Assembly (NCBI GenBank): GCA_963822495.1
Contig: CAWGHQ010000005.1
Location: 47,918 to 111,917, forward strand
Length of the DNA: 64,000 bases
Source: an uncultured Actinomycetota bacterium
GTDB taxonomy: Bacteria > Actinomycetota > Actinomycetes > Propionibacteriales > Nocardioidaceae
Direction of reading: 5' to 3'
Under the pieces are notes generated by a model. That model did not search any database and was not told the DNA's origin. It saw nothing but the letters and a program-made list of their open reading frames with translations. Position 1 is the first letter of the stretch, and every line of letters starts with the position of its first letter. This document shows positions 1 to 14,009 of this stretch, in pieces. Position numbers and translations under genes: made by a program.

Positions 1-677
1 TGCTGGAGGCCGACCGGGTGACGACCTACCCCGGCGCCGGCTGCTTCGCCGGCGGGAACGACGGGGCCGACGGCTCCGCCGCGCTGGTGACGGTCGACGG
101 GACCCTGCTCCTCGGGGCCGGCGAGGCGCTGACCAACGACCAGGTCCTGCGGGGGGACAACGCTGCCCTGGCGCTTCGGCTGCTCGGCCAGGACCCGCGA
201 CTGGTCTGGTACGTCCCCGACCCGACCGACCTCGTCGGGACCGACGCCGTCAGCCGTCGGCAGCCTCCTGCCGCCGTGGCTGGTGCCCGGTCTGTGGACC
301 GCGGCGGCCGCACTGCTGCTGCTGGTCGTGTGGCGAGGTCGACGTCTGGGCGCCCTGGCCACCGAGCCGCTGCCCGTGGTGGTGCGGGCCATCGAGACCA
401 CCCGCAGCCGCGGACGCCTCTACCGGCGGGCCGGCGACCGAGGTCATGCCGCGAGCATCCTCCGGGCCGGTGCGCGCGCCGACCTCGGGGAGCACCTCGG
501 GCTCGGCGCCCACCACGACACCGCCGCCCTGGTCCGCGACGTCGCGGTCAGGACCGGCCGCGACCCTGCCGACGTCGCGGCCCTGATCTCCCCCACGGCC
601 CCGGTACCGTCCTCCGACCCCGACCTGATCATGCTGGCCCAGGACCTGGACCGGCTCGACCGAGAGGTGCGCGACGC

Positions 678-681
<4 letters not shown>
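1..681 (+). CDS. DUF4350 domain-containing membrane protein, 5'-truncated by the window, apparent +1 frameshift near 255
   Basis: Frame A reads ...DNAALALRLLGQDPRLVWYVP; frame B continues LLPPWLVPGLW...WRGRRLGALATEPLPVVVRAIETTRSRGRLYRRA. Typical position upstream of MoxR. Confidence 0.7.
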
Positions 682-1676
<995 letters not shown>

Positions 1677-1680
1677 GCCG

Positions 1681-2973
1681 GTGGCGATCTCCGGGCGCGT
1701 GCCCCTGCTCGTGCTGCTCGGCCTCCTGCCCGTCGTGCTGCGTCCCGAGCGCGGCACCGTGTGGCTCTGGCTCCTGGTGGTCCTCGTGCTGGGCGCGGTC
1801 GACTGGCTGCTGGCAGCGCGGCCGGACGCGGTCCGCCTGGACCGGGGCGCCGTCGGCTCCGTGCGGATGGGTCACCCGACCTCCACGGAGGTCGTCGCCC
1901 ACAACACCGGCAGCCGCCGGCTGAGGCTGCTGGTGCGCGACGCCTGGCAGCCCAGCGCGGGGGCCGGGGACGACCGCCACCGGGTGGATCTCGCCGCGGG
2001 CGCCCGCCTCAGGGTCCGCACCACTCTGCGTCCGACCCGTCGCGGCGACCTGCGGGCGCTGGGCCTGACGGTGCGCTCGTCGGGACCGTTGGGCCTGGTG
2101 GCGCGGCAGCGGACCCTCGACGTGCCTGGCCGGGTGCGCTCGCTGCCGCCCTTCGAGTCCCGCAAGCACCTGCCCTCGCGGCTGGCCCGGCTGCGCGAGC
2201 TCGACGGCCGCGCCGCCGTCCGGGTGCGCGGCCAGGGCACCGAGTTCGACTCGTTGCGCGAGTACGTCACCGGCGACGACGTCCGGTCCATCGACTGGCG
2301 AGCCAGCGCGCGCAACCGCTCGGTCGTCGTGCGCACCTGGCAGCCCGAGCGCGACCGCCGGGTCGTGCTGGTCCTGGACACCTCCCGCACCTCGGCCGGC
2401 CGGGTCGAGGACGTTCCCCGGCTCGACTCGGCCATGGACGCCGCCCTGCTGCTCGCCGCGCTCGCAGCTCGAGCCGGCGACCGCGTCGACGTCGTGGCCG
2501 GCGACCGCCGGGTCCGGGCCCGGTTGCGGTCGACCGGCGCGCACGACGTCGTCGCGCGGCTCCAGGACACGATGGCCGACCTCGAACCGGTCATCGCCGA
2601 GGCCGACTGGCGCAGCCTGGTCGGCGCGGTGAGCCAGCTGGGGCGGCAACGGGCGCTCGTGGTCCTGCTGACACCGCTGGAACCGGCGGCGGTGGAGGAG
2701 GGTCTGCTCCCAGTGCTGCCGGTGCTCACCGCCCGGCACCGCGTGGTGCTGGCCTCGGTCCGCGACCCGGCGCTCGAGCGGATGGCGAGCGGTCGCGCCG
2801 GGGTCGACGAGGTCTACGCCGCGGCCGCGGCCGGGCAGGAGCTGCGACGTCGGGCGCACACCCGCGACCTGCTCACCCGGCTCGGCGTCGACGTGATCGA
2901 CGCGGACGCCGAGCGACTGCCGCCGGCGCTGGCCGACCACTACCTCGCGCTCAAGGCACGCGGCCTGCTCTGA
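1681..2973 (+). CDS. DUF58 domain (vWA-like) protein
   Basis: GTEFDSLREYVTGDDVRSIDWRASAR and VLDTSRTS motifs; directly downstream of moxR. Confidence 0.9.
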   Translation: MAISGRVPLLVLLGLLPVVLRPERGTVWLWLLVVLVLGAVDWLLAARPDAVRLDRGAVGSVRMGHPTSTEVVAHNTGSRRLRLLVRDAWQPSAGAGDDRHRVDLAAGARLRVRTTLRPTRRGDLRALGLTVRSSGPLGLVARQRTLDVPGRVRSLPPFESRKHLPSRLARLRELDGRAAVRVRGQGTEFDSLREYVTGDDVRSIDWRASARNRSVVVRTWQPERDRRVVLVLDTSRTSAGRVEDVPRLDSAMDAALLLAALAARAGDRVDVVAGDRRVRARLRSTGAHDVVARLQDTMADLEPVIAEADWRSLVGAVSQLGRQRALVVLLTPLEPAAVEEGLLPVLPVLTARHRVVLASVRDPALERMASGRAGVDEVYAAAAAGQELRRRAHTRDLLTRLGVDVIDADAERLPPALADHYLALKARGLL

Positions 2974-2982
2974 GCCGACCCG

Positions 2983-3036
2983 GCGCCCGACACCCGACAC
3001 CCGGCATCCGGCATCCGGCACCCGGCATCCGGCACC
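2983..3036. repeat. 7-bp tandem microsatellite (CCGGCAT/CCGGCAC/CCGACAC)n
   Basis: cccgacacccgacacccggcatccggcatccggcacccggcatccggcacc read directly from the sequence. Confidence 0.8.
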
Positions 3037-3054
3037 GGTGGGACGATCGGCGCC

Positions 3055-3609
3055 ATGACGGGTCGAGCCTTGCCGTACCCCGACCCACCCCTGCACGATC
3101 GGCGGGTCGGCCTGCGGCGGTGGAGCGACTCCGACGTCGAGTGCGTCCGGCTGGCCGGCACCGACCCTCGCATCACGGCGGGCACCACCGTGCCGACCAC
3201 CGGCGATGTCGCCGACGGCGCCGACTTCATCGCGAGGCAGTGGCGTCGCGCGGAGGACGGCGAGGGCGTGAGCCAGGCCATCGTCGAGGTGGACACCGAC
3301 CGTGCCGTCGGTCTGATCTGGGTGGCCCTGCGACCTCAGGCGCACGTCGGAGGGCTGGGCTACTGGATCGTGCCGGCGGCCCGTGGGCGGGGGCTCGCGA
3401 CGAGCGCGGCTCGCCTCGTCGTCCCCTGGGCCCTGGAGGCTCTGGACCTCCAGCGCCTCGAGGCCTGGGTGGAGCCGGGCAACCTGGCCTCGCAGCGTGT
3501 CCTGCTCGGCGCCGGGTTCCAGCACGAGGGGCGGCTGCGCTCCTTCCTCACCATCGAGGACCGGCCTGCGGACGCGCTGGTGTTCTCGGTCGTCGCACCT
3601 CAGGGGTGA
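3055..3609 (+). CDS. GNAT family N-acetyltransferase (RimJ/RimL-like)
   Basis: LGYWIVPAARGRGLAT and NLASQRVLLGAGFQHEG motifs. Confidence 0.88.
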   Translation: MTGRALPYPDPPLHDRRVGLRRWSDSDVECVRLAGTDPRITAGTTVPTTGDVADGADFIARQWRRAEDGEGVSQAIVEVDTDRAVGLIWVALRPQAHVGGLGYWIVPAARGRGLATSAARLVVPWALEALDLQRLEAWVEPGNLASQRVLLGAGFQHEGRLRSFLTIEDRPADALVFSVVAPQG

Positions 3610-3649
3610 CCAGCTGCCCCGAGCGGCCCCCACCCGGGCGCCCGTCGCC

Positions 3650-3721
3650 CTGTAACGCTGAGTTACTTCGTCCGGTGCGCGACCGCGCGCCGACAGCAGA
3701 CGAAGTAACTCAGCGTTACAG
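3650..3721. repeat. Perfect 23-bp inverted repeat (REP/MITE-like hairpin) between convergent genes
   Basis: CTGTAACGCTGAGTTACTTCGTC (3650-3672) and its exact reverse complement (3699-3721), 26-nt loop. Confidence 0.85.
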
Positions 3722-3757
3722 CCAGGTCGGGCCCGACGCAGAACCCCCCAGAACGCC

Positions 3758-4753
3758 TCACGCGCGGGCCGCGACCGAGTCCTCGAGCAGGCCGGGGTCC
3801 AGGTCGCCGTCGTGGCCCCGGGCCGCGGCCGCTCGACCGAGCACGAACACGTAGGCCAGGAACGTCACCTCGGCCAGCACGCCGATGCCGATCCGTGCCC
3901 AGGTGGGGAGTCCCGAGGGCGTGACGAACGCCTCGATGAGCCCGCTGACGAAGAGGACCACGACCAGCCCGAGCGCCACCGTCGCGGCGGTGCGTCCCTC
4001 CCGCGCCATGGATCGGGTGCGACTCAGGTCGCCCGGTTCGATCCAGGACCAGAACAGTCGCAGCCCGACCCCTCCGGCGACGAAGACAGCGGTCAGCTCG
4101 AGCAGTCCGTGCGGCAGGATCAGGCCCCAGAAGTGTCCACCGTGCTCGTTGCGGGTCATGATCGATCCGACGATGGCGAGGTTGGCGACGTTGGGGAAGA
4201 GCAGGTAGATCACCGGCAGACCGAGGACGCCGAGTGCGATGCACAGGGCGGTCACCCAGGCGTTGTTCACCCAGACCTGGGCGGCGAAGTGGGACGCCGC
4301 GTACTGGCTGTAGTAGCCCTCGAAGTCCTCGTTGACCAGCTGGTCGACCTCGGCCGGGCCGAGCAGGCTCTGCTCGACGTCGGGGTGCGCCAGCAACCAG
4401 AGCATCATCACCGCGGTGACGGCGAGATTGGCGACCAGGCAGCCCAGCCACCACGCGCGCAACCGGTAGAGGGCCGCCGGGAAGCGTTCGGTGAAGAACG
4501 ACCGCACCGAGCGCCACGTCCCTGCGTGGGATCCCACCGCTCGGGAGCGCGCGCCGGCCAGGAGCGAGGAGAGGTAGGCGATCACCGCGGCGTCGGGGGC
4601 CGACGTGCGCACGACCGAGAGGTGGGTGGCCACCCGCTGGTAGCGCTCGACCAGCTCGTCGGCCTCCGCCCCGCCGAGGCGGGCGGACCTGGTCAGCTGC
4701 TCGAGCCGCTGCCACTCCGAGGAGTGCGCGAGCACGTACGCGTCGAGGTCCAC
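3758..4753 (-). CDS. Stage II sporulation protein M (SpoIIM/DUF95)-like membrane protein
   Basis: MDLDAYV...W.RLE.L start, ILPHGLLELTA and SGLIEAFVTPS motifs; usual neighbour of RDD/MoxR/DUF58. Confidence 0.88.
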   Translation of the reverse strand: MDLDAYVLAHSSEWQRLEQLTRSARLGGAEADELVERYQRVATHLSVVRTSAPDAAVIAYLSSLLAGARSRAVGSHAGTWRSVRSFFTERFPAALYRLRAWWLGCLVANLAVTAVMMLWLLAHPDVEQSLLGPAEVDQLVNEDFEGYYSQYAASHFAAQVWVNNAWVTALCIALGVLGLPVIYLLFPNVANLAIVGSIMTRNEHGGHFWGLILPHGLLELTAVFVAGGVGLRLFWSWIEPGDLSRTRSMAREGRTAATVALGLVVVLFVSGLIEAFVTPSGLPTWARIGIGVLAEVTFLAYVFVLGRAAAARGHDGDLDPGLLEDSVAARA

Positions 4754-4774
4754 GCCGATAGCCTAGGTGTCGTC

Positions 4775-5596
4775 ATGACCTCCACGTCCGGATCCGCCGA
4801 GTTCGCCACCCTGACCAGCGACGACCTGGTCACCGGTGAGGCCGTGGCGCTCGACCTGCCCCCGGCCGGTCTGGGCGTGCGGATCGCCTCGGGGCTCATC
4901 GACCTCGTCGTCAGCCTGCTGCTGCTCCTGGTGGCGACGATCGTCCTCACCCTCGCCGCGCTGCAGTCCGACGAGGCGTTGCTGTCCGTCGCCGGCCTGG
5001 GCACCGTGATCCTGGTCTTCCTGGTCTTCCCCACGGTCCTGGAGACCCTGACCCGCGGCCGCTCGGTGGGCAAGCTCGCCCTGGGGCTCCGCACGGTGCG
5101 CGACGACGCCGGGCCGATCACCTTCCAGCACGCCTTCGTGCGCGCGCTGGTCGGCGTGGTCGAGATCTACGTCGCCTTCGGGGTGCCCGCGTTCTACTCG
5201 GCGCTCGTCAACAGCCGCGGCAAGCGTCTCGGCGACTTCGCTGCCGGTACCTACGTCGTGCGCGCCCGTCACCGGCTCCGCCTCACGCCGCCCCTGCCGA
5301 TGCCGCCGCACCTGGCGGGGTGGGCGCGCGCGGCCGACGTCACCAGCCTCCCGCCGGGACTCGCGCTCGCGGTGCGGCAGTACCTCGGCCGTCTCTCCAC
5401 CCTCGATCCCGTCTCCCGCGAGCGCGTCGGGTCCCGCCTGGCTGCGCAGGTGGCCGCCTACGTCGCCCCGGCCCCTCCCCCGGGCACTCACCCGGCCGAC
5501 TACCTCGCGGCCGTGGTGGCCACCCGTCGCGAACGTGACCAGGCCCGCCTGGCCCGTGAGGCCGCCCTGCGCCGACGCCTCACCATCGGCACCTGA
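4775..5596 (+). CDS. RDD family membrane protein
   Basis: LVTGEAVALDL, RIASGLID, GRSVGKLALGLRTVRDD and KRLGDFAAGTYVV motifs. Confidence 0.88.
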   Translation: MTSTSGSAEFATLTSDDLVTGEAVALDLPPAGLGVRIASGLIDLVVSLLLLLVATIVLTLAALQSDEALLSVAGLGTVILVFLVFPTVLETLTRGRSVGKLALGLRTVRDDAGPITFQHAFVRALVGVVEIYVAFGVPAFYSALVNSRGKRLGDFAAGTYVVRARHRLRLTPPLPMPPHLAGWARAADVTSLPPGLALAVRQYLGRLSTLDPVSRERVGSRLAAQVAAYVAPAPPPGTHPADYLAAVVATRRERDQARLAREAALRRRLTIGT

Positions 5597-5622
5597 CCCA
5601 CCAACCCGCAGGGCGGCGGGCC

Positions 5623-6357
5623 TCAGATCGCGGTGTAGGCCAGGTCGACGATCTCGCGGGCGGCGTCGAGTCCCTTGCGCTCGAAACGGGTCACTGGCCG
5701 CTCCTCCCACCGCGGCACCGGACCGCCCTGCAGACCTCGCTCGGAGTCGAGGACGTGGCGCATCTGCGCGGCGTAGTCGCCCCAGTCGGTGGCCAGCCGC
5801 CACGTGGCGCCCTGCCTGAGCCGGCTCGCGGCCAGCGCGGCGAACCCGGCGTCGACCAGGCGCCGCTTCTGGTGGCGGGTCTTGGGCCACGGGTCGGGGA
5901 AGAAGGTCCACAGTCCCGCCAGGCTGTCCGGCGGCACCCGCTGGTCGAGCACCCAGGCCGCGTCGACCGAGCAGAGGCGGACGTTCTCGACCCCCGCGTC
6001 GTGAAGCTTCCACAGCGTGTCCGCGATGCCTGGCCGCCACACCTCGACCGCCAGGACGTTGCGATCGGGACGGGTGCGGGCCAGCGCGGCCGTCGCCTCT
6101 CCCACCCCGGAGCCGACCTCCACCACCAGCGGGGCGTCGCGGCCGAAGTGGTCGGCCCAGGAGAGGCCCGGTTCGTCGAGGGCCTCGTCGGGCACCACCC
6201 ACCGCTCCTGGTGGGCCTCCCACGCCGCCCGCTGCCGCGGGGTGAATCGGTTGCCTCGCCGGGAGTAGCTGAGGACCTCCCGCATCCGCCGACCCTCGGG
6301 GGTCAGCTTGTGGTGCGGGCGCGCGGTGGCGACGTCCTGCTCGACCGGGAAGTCCAT
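5623..6357 (-). CDS. trmB: tRNA (guanine-N7)-methyltransferase
   Basis: VVEVGSGVGE, FFPDPWPKTRHQKRRLV, LATDW and TRFERKG motifs. Confidence 0.92.
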   Translation of the reverse strand: MDFPVEQDVATARPHHKLTPEGRRMREVLSYSRRGNRFTPRQRAAWEAHQERWVVPDEALDEPGLSWADHFGRDAPLVVEVGSGVGEATAALARTRPDRNVLAVEVWRPGIADTLWKLHDAGVENVRLCSVDAAWVLDQRVPPDSLAGLWTFFPDPWPKTRHQKRRLVDAGFAALAASRLRQGATWRLATDWGDYAAQMRHVLDSERGLQGGPVPRWEERPVTRFERKGLDAAREIVDLAYTAI

Positions 6358-6454
6358 GGGAGCATCCTCTCCCCCGACCTCGACCGACCCGGAGCCGGCA
6401 CCAACCGATGCTCCTTGTGGAGCGCGTGCCCGCGACCTACCGTCGAGTCAGGAG

Positions 6455-6790
6455 GTGGGCGACATCGGGCCTCAGACCAACGCCGTGCTGCGCAGGCTGC
6501 GGATCCTGCCTGCGCCTGCTGCCGCACCCGGCCGTCGCCCCGTCGAACAGGTCGTGGCCGACGTACGCCGCCTCCGGGCGGACTTCCACGGCCTCGAGCA
6601 CGGCGACTCCTACGTCAAGGTCGAGGCGGTACGCCACGCCTACGACCTCGCGCTCGGCGAGTGCGCCGACGCGATCGGCGAGCGGCACCGGCTCACGACC
6701 ACGGAACGCGGTACGCACCACGACCTCGAGCGGGAGCGTCTCGAGCGATTGCTGGTGGCGTGGGGCCTGGTCCTCGACCGGGCGCGCTGA
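6455..6790 (+). CDS. Hypothetical protein
   Basis: GC3-rich ORF (RPVEQVVADVRRL...AYDLALGECA...LERLLVAWGLVL). Start uncertain. Confidence 0.55.
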   Translation: MGDIGPQTNAVLRRLRILPAPAAAPGRRPVEQVVADVRRLRADFHGLEHGDSYVKVEAVRHAYDLALGECADAIGERHRLTTTERGTHHDLERERLERLLVAWGLVLDRAR

Positions 6791-6832
6791 GACCTGTCGC
6801 CGCGGGGTCCTCAGTGGGGGGGTCCTCAGATG

Positions 6833-6870
6833 CAGCACGGCCCCGGACCGTGCGGTCCGGGGCCGTGCTG
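6833..6870 (-). terminator. Intrinsic terminator hairpin downstream of tuf (possibly bidirectional)
   Basis: CAGCACGGCCCCGGACCG-TG-CGGTCCGGGGCCGTGCTG long perfect stem, about 20 nt after the tuf stop. Confidence 0.85.
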
Positions 6871-6889
6871 AGGTGCAGAAGAGCTCAGG

Positions 6890-8086
<1,197 letters not shown>

Positions 8087-8157
8087 TGCTGGCTCCTCCT
8101 GGGTGCTTGTTACGGGGACTCGTACTTGATGGGTGACGTGCCGAGGACCGGCGGCGG

Positions 8158-10269
<2,112 letters not shown>

Positions 10270-10352
10270 GGAGGGTCACATTTCCTTTGCTGGTGCTGGG
10301 GGGCGGACGGTGGTCGGCACGCGACCGCGGCGGGGCGGTCGCGCGCCGGTGG

Positions 10353-10823
10353 TCACCAGCGGTAGTGGGCGAAGGCCTTGTTCGACTCCGCCATCTTGTG
10401 GGTGTCCTCGCGCTTCTTCACCGCGGCACCGAGGCCGTTGGAGGCGTCGAGGATCTCGTTCATGAGTCGCTCGGCCATGGTCTTCTCACGGCGGGCGGCG
10501 GCGTAGCCGACCAGCCAGCGCAGCGCGAGCGTGGTGCCACGCGTGCCCTTGACCTCGATCGGGACCTGGTAGGTCGCTCCGCCGACGCGGCGCGACTTGA
10601 CCTCGATGGCCGGCTTGACGTTGTCCAGGGCACGCTTGAGCGTGACCACCGGGTCGGTGCCGTTCTTCTCCTGGCAGCCCTCGAGCGCGGTGTAGACGAT
10701 GCGCTGCGCGACCTGCTTCTTGCCGTCGACGAGCACCTTGGAGACGAGCTGGCTGACCAGCTGCGACCCGAAGACCGGGTCGATGTCGATCGGGCGCTTC
10801 GGAGCGGGACCCTTGCGTGGCAT
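10353..10823 (-). CDS. rpsG: 30S ribosomal protein S7
   Basis: [10 protein letters not shown]...[11 protein letters not shown]...[13 protein letters not shown]. Confidence 0.99.
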   Translation of the reverse strand: MPRKGPAPKRPIDIDPVFGSQLVSQLVSKVLVDGKKQVAQRIVYTALEGCQEKNGTDPVVTLKRALDNVKPAIEVKSRRVGGATYQVPIEVKGTRGTTLALRWLVGYAAARREKTMAERLMNEILDASNGLGAAVKKREDTHKMAESNKAFAHYRW

Positions 10824-11197
10824 CAGCTCTTCTCCTTCTTCGCTCCGTAGCGACTGCGGGCCTGCTTGCGGTTCTTGACGCCCTGGGTGTCGAGCGAGCC
10901 GCGGATGATCTTGTAGCGCACGCCGGGCAGGTCCTTCACCCGTCCGCCGCGCACGAGCACGATGGAGTGCTCCTGGAGGTTGTGGCCGACCCCGGGGATG
11001 TAGGCGGTGACCTCGACGCCGCTGGACAGGCGCACGCGGGCGACCTTGCGCAGGGCGGAGTTCGGCTTCTTCGGGGTGGTGGTGTAGACGCGGGTGCAGA
11101 CACCGCGTCGTTGGGGCGAACCCTTCAGGGCGGGCGTCTTGTTCTTCGACACCTTGTCCTGGCGGCCCTTGCGGACCAGCTGGTTGATGGTGGGCAC
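10823..11197 (-). CDS. rpsL: 30S ribosomal protein S12
   Basis: (M)[11 protein letters not shown]...[15 protein letters not shown]...[12 protein letters not shown]; GTG start at 11197. Confidence 0.99.
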   Translation of the reverse strand: MPTINQLVRKGRQDKVSKNKTPALKGSPQRRGVCTRVYTTTPKKPNSALRKVARVRLSSGVEVTAYIPGVGHNLQEHSIVLVRGGRVKDLPGVRYKIIRGSLDTQGVKNRKQARSRYGAKKEKS

Positions 11198-11368
11198 CTG
11201 GTGGTTCCCTTTCCTTCTGCTCTCAGTGCCCGGCACGGTGCCGGGCACGGCGGTGTTGCCTAGATCTTCGTGCCGGTGGGTGGGCGCCCGATGCTGGGGA
11301 GCCGGTTCGACCGGCCCAGAGTTTTCGGGCACGCGCGATGGTCTGGGTTGCTCCAGACACGAGGATTG

Positions 11369-11397
11369 AGGCTACCGGGCGCCCCCGGCACGGTCAA
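11369..11397 (-). promoter_or_regulatory. Primary-sigma promoter of the str operon
   Basis: Minus strand reads TTGACC-N17-TAGCCT, about 170 nt upstream of rpsL. Confidence 0.75.
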
Positions 11398-12680
11398 AAC
11401 GCCGGAACTGACCGTCGTCGGGCTGCTGGGCCCGTCGGGCCACCTGCAGGGCCGTCCGCTCGACCCGGCGCTGGTGCAGCAGGTAGACCCCGGTGGTCGC
11501 CGCGACGCCCAGCACGGTCGCCGCACCCCCGCCGATCAGGGTCCAACGGGCCCCGAGGACCTCGCCGACCCAGCCCACGACCGGCGCGCCGATGGGGGTG
11601 GAGCCGATGAAGATCGTCAGGTACAGCGCCATCACCCGACCCGCGCATCCCGGCGTCGGTGTTGAGCTGCATGAAGGTGTTCGCGCTGGTCATCATGGTC
11701 AGGGCCGTCAGACCGATCACGGGGCACAGCAGGGCGTAGACCGTGTACGACGGCGCGAGGCCGGCGAGCACCTCGACGGAGCCGAAGACCAGCGCGGCAC
11801 CGACCACGAGCCGGTGCCCCACGCGCACCCGGCCGGCGGCGACCAGGGCGCCGGCCAGCGAGCCCACCGCGAGGAACGTCCCGAGCAGGCCGAACTCCGC
11901 CGGTCCCTTGTCGAAGACCTGGGTCGCCATCAGGGCGGAGGTCATCTGGAAGTTGAGGCCGAACATGCCGGCGAACAGCACCACCCCCATGATCAGGAGC
12001 AGGTCGGGACGTCCGCGGACGTAGGCCACCGCCTCGCGGATCTGACCTGGGGCGCGACCGACCGGGTCCGCGACGTGCAGCAGCCGCGGGTCCATCGCGG
12101 CCAGGCACACGATCGGGGCGGCGTAGGAGAGCGCGTTGAGCAGGATCACGAACCCGGTGGCCCGCACCCCCGAGCCGAGTGCGGCGATGGAGAGCCCGGC
12201 CAGCGCGGGTCCGATCAGGCGCGCGGCGTTGAAGCCGGCGGAGTTCAGTCCGACCGCGTTGGAGAGGTCCTCGGTGTCGACGATCTCGGAGACGAAGGAC
12301 TGGCGCGCGGGCGCGTCGAAGGCCGAGGCGACCCCGAGCAGGAAGGCCAAGACGTACACGTGCCCGATCTGCGCCGTACCGGTCACCGCCAGCAGGCCCA
12401 GGACGACGGCCGGCAGCGCCATGCCCACGTTGGTGATCTGGAGCAGCCGGCGCTTGGGCACCCGGTCGGCGAGCAGGCCGGCGAAGGGCGAGAGCAGCAG
12501 GAACGGCAGGAACTGCAGGCCGGTGGTGATCCCGATGGAGGCGGCGTCGTTGGTGGCGAGCAGCAGGACCAGCCAGTCCTGGGCCACACGCTGCATCCAG
12601 GTGCCGACGTTGGAGATCAGGTTGCCGGTGGCGTACCAGCGGTAGTTGGGGTGGGACAGGGACCGGAACGTGGGACTCAA
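11372..12680 (-). CDS. MFS transporter with +1 frameshift near 11641
   Basis: SNVGTWMQRVAQDWLV and FDAPARQSFV motifs. The expected MRGRVMALY is split by one extra G (ATGCGCGGGTCGGGTGATG). Confidence 0.85.
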
Positions 12681-13132
12681 GCGGTGGCCAGTCCCTCGAG
12701 GATCGGCACGGCACGACGCAGGACGTCCCGCTCGTCGGCGCTCAGGTCGGCCAGTCGCCGAGCCAGCCAGGCGTCGCGGCGGCGTCGGTCGGCGAGCACG
12801 ACCGCCCGTCCGGTCCCGCTGAGGCTGACCAGCACCAGCCGCCGGTCGCTCTCGTGGGCGCGGCGGGTGACGTGGCCGGCCCGCTCGAGCGCGTTGACCG
12901 AGCGCGTCATGCTCGGCGGCTGCACCCGCTCGCGGGTGGCGAGCTCGCCGATCGGCAGGTCCCCGCCGCGGTAGAGCGCACCGAGGACAGCCATCGCCCC
13001 CAGGCTCAGCTCGTTGTCGGGGTGACGCTCCACCGCGAGGCGGCGTCGCAGCCGCATCACGCAGAGCCGGAGCTCGCAGGCGAGCCCGGTGTCGGTCCGG
13101 ACGGCGGAGGTGGTGGTCGGCATGTCACTCAC
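12677..13132 (-). CDS. MarR family transcriptional regulator
   Basis: GELATRERVQPPSMTRSVNALE and DRR winged-helix motifs; coupled to the MFS gene. Confidence 0.9.
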   Translation of the reverse strand: MSDMPTTTSAVRTDTGLACELRLCVMRLRRRLAVERHPDNELSLGAMAVLGALYRGGDLPIGELATRERVQPPSMTRSVNALERAGHVTRRAHESDRRLVLVSLSGTGRAVVLADRRRRDAWLARRLADLSADERDVLRRAVPILEGLATA

Positions 13133-13160
13133 CCCAAGTCCTGAGCGTTGCTAACTATTC

Positions 13161-13241
13161 CGCCGAGGTGGCGGCCGGCGCGAGCCGAGATGGCGGCCGG
13201 CGCGAGCCGAGATGGCGGGGGCCGCGAGCCGAGGTGGCGGG
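13161..13241 (+). repeat. 22-bp repeat array (CCGAGRTGGCGGCCGGCGCGAG x ~3.6)
   Basis: Units start at 13163, 13185, 13207 and 13229. Confidence 0.85.
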
Positions 13242-13267
13242 ACGCACCTGCACTCCTTGTGTCACTG

Positions 13268-13930
13268 TCACGTCAGGCCGAGGGTGCGACGCAGATGAGG
13301 CCACGCGAGGGCCCCAGGGCAGCGTCCGCTGCCGCCACGGGCCATCCGCTGTCCGCGCCGCACCGGCTCCTCACCGGGCAGGACGAGGCGGTGCCCAGCG
13401 TCCGGCGCGGTGATGACCGTGGTCGCCCGGCCGTGGCTGCCGCGGCGCGCGGCGACCTGCGCGGCGAACTCTGCGCTCGGCCACACCTGGTCGTTCCCGC
13501 CCAAGTCCGCCAGGACCTCAACGCCGATCCGTTCGACCGGGATGGTGGCCGCGGGCGCCCGTTCTGCGTAGGTGTGAAGGCTCCTCTCGTACAGGCTGCG
13601 GTACGACGGCCACTGCTGTCGGGCGTCCAGAACTCGTCGAAGGGGTCGAACGGCAGCAGCTCGCCGTTGCTGCTCCAGTGCGACCTCACGCGACCGTCGG
13701 CTCCGCCGTCCTCCACCCCCGCCCACACCACGGGCGAGGGTGACAACGCGACGGTGCCGGTCACACGGAGGTCGGTGGCCGCGGGCAGGAGCGCGAGCTC
13801 GGCACCGAACGACGTGCAGAGCAGCTCCACCTCAGGGGCCAGGCGGTCCAGGGCTTCCAGGACGAGCTCGACCGAAACCACGAAGGGACCCGGCTAGGGG
13901 CCGGAGCCACCGAACCAGCGCACGGCCAGC
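13268..13930 (-). pseudogene. Decayed acyl-CoA thioesterase/BAAT-like alpha/beta hydrolase remnant
   Basis: VRWFGGSGP*PG...CTSFGAELALL...ALSPSPVVWAG, then a frameshift to IPVERI...GGNDQVWPS...PDAGHRLVLPGE. In-frame TAG, no N-terminus. Confidence 0.65.
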
Positions 13931-14009
13931 GCCACCTCGACGCGCGACGAGCGCCACCTCGACGCACGGCCAGCGCCACCTCGACGCGCGACGAGTGCCA
14001 CCTCGGCGG
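13926..14009 (-). repeat. 22-bp repeat array, inverse orientation, alternating A-B-A-B units
   Basis: ccagcgccacctcgacgcgcga / cgagcgccacctcgacgcacgg alternating; abuts the NCS2 TGA. Confidence 0.85.

Noticed and set aside
10823-11197. Streptomycin-resistance allele of rpsL
   Set aside because: PKKPNS and RVKDLPG retain the wild-type lysines.
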